Source: an uncultured bacterium (GTDB lineage Bacteria; Auribacterota; Erginobacteria; Erginobacterales; CAZKCI01). Taken from it: DNA of 64,000 nt. Shown here one piece after another: positions 63,888 through 64,000 of this stretch (within the stretch, counting starts at the first letter, position 1; each line of letters starts with the position of its first letter). The stretch lies in contig CAZOYW010000007.1 in assembly GCA_964584165.1 (NCBI GenBank), positions 32,886-96,885 of the forward strand, given 5' to 3'. A program made the translations under genes and the position numbers. The notes beneath the pieces were generated by a model that worked only from the letters and a program-made list of their open reading frames with translations, was not told where the DNA came from and did no database searches.

Positions 63888-63953
63888 TGTGGGAGCGACA
63901 TTCCTGTCGCGATCCATGTCGGCGCGGATCGGGGCAGGAATGCCCCTCCCACA
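63888..63953. mobile_element. TGTGGGAG...CTCCCACA MITE-like element
   Basis: tgtgggagcgacattcctgtcgcgatccatgtcggcgcggatcggggcaggaatgcccctcccaca. The 3' half is shared with 31655-31690. Confidence 0.5.
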
Positions 63954-64000
63954 GGAACGCAGTGAGGCAGCATAAGGTCGTCGCCGGGCTCAATGAGAAA

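Noticed and set aside
1-64000. tRNA, rRNA or tmRNA genes
   Set aside because: Visual scanning of the intergenic regions found no cloverleaf-compatible acceptor/T-arm pairs or rRNA-like conserved blocks.

Overview
The window is a high-GC (about 70%) bacterial chromosome segment, probably from an anaerobe, with a low-GC accessory island at about 40.1-49.6 kb.

Core content, left to right:
- 354-12785: a sigma-54-linked cluster of metallocluster-handling genes. Four NifB/NifX-type FeMo-cofactor-binding domains (one fused to an Mrp/NBP35 ATPase), two CooC/MinD-type Fe-S ATPases, DUF364, DUF89, a radical SAM enzyme, an FmdB zinc ribbon, tandem DUF5320 proteins, and a PAS/NtrC-type activator. A textbook -24/-12 promoter sits at 5998-6013.
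- 12763-24507: housekeeping genes (peroxiredoxin, CinA, ArfB, RlmB, RlmN, two Qng1/DUF2419 paralogs, IscU-like scaffold).
- Three large secreted beta-propeller/FG-GAP-repeat paralogs at 24795-26474, 27717-30179 and 54539-57112.
- hypD (30293-31561) and hypE (49808-50821), 18 kb apart.
- 31736-39750 (minus strand): a seven-gene operon for an energy-converting-hydrogenase-related (Ehr-like) membrane complex. Its NuoCD-type large subunit has lost both NiFe-binding Cys motifs. The first gene is an HTH-PTS-EIIA regulator.
- After the island: TonB-like protein, nfnA-like gene, phosphohexomutase, histidine kinase, nfnB/gltD-like gene, YbjQ, an NTase-fold protein and an alkaline-phosphatase-family protein.

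The accessory island (GC about 40-55%) lies between the Ehr operon and hypE. It carries:
- a small membrane protein, a TIR-like (COG4271-type) protein and a 993-aa PHP-domain-fused SMC/ABC-type coiled-coil ATPase, read as one module;
- a RelA/SpoT-domain (toxSAS/CapRel-like) protein flanked by 36-bp direct repeats;
- a GIY-YIG protein, with degraded copies of its 3' end elsewhere in the island;
- a PaaX-like regulator flanked by arrays of 87-bp tandem repeats built around the perfect palindrome TGTCCGATCGGACA.

I rate the TIR-like/PHP-SMC module as the best candidate for an undescribed defense system.

The sequence is also rich in small structured repeats:
- a 150-bp tandem repeat inserted in-frame in hypD;
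- a 60-bp hairpin repeat inserted in-frame in nfnB, with a second copy upstream of the App1-like gene;
- a TGTGGGAG...CTCCCACA MITE-like family;
- a GTGATCAGTAATCAGT hairpin family;
- helically phased ACGAAT heptad arrays in five intergenic regions, suggesting a regulon.

No rRNA, tRNA or CRISPR array was recognised. Several very long ORFs in the six-frame track are stop-codon-poor artefacts of the high GC content.
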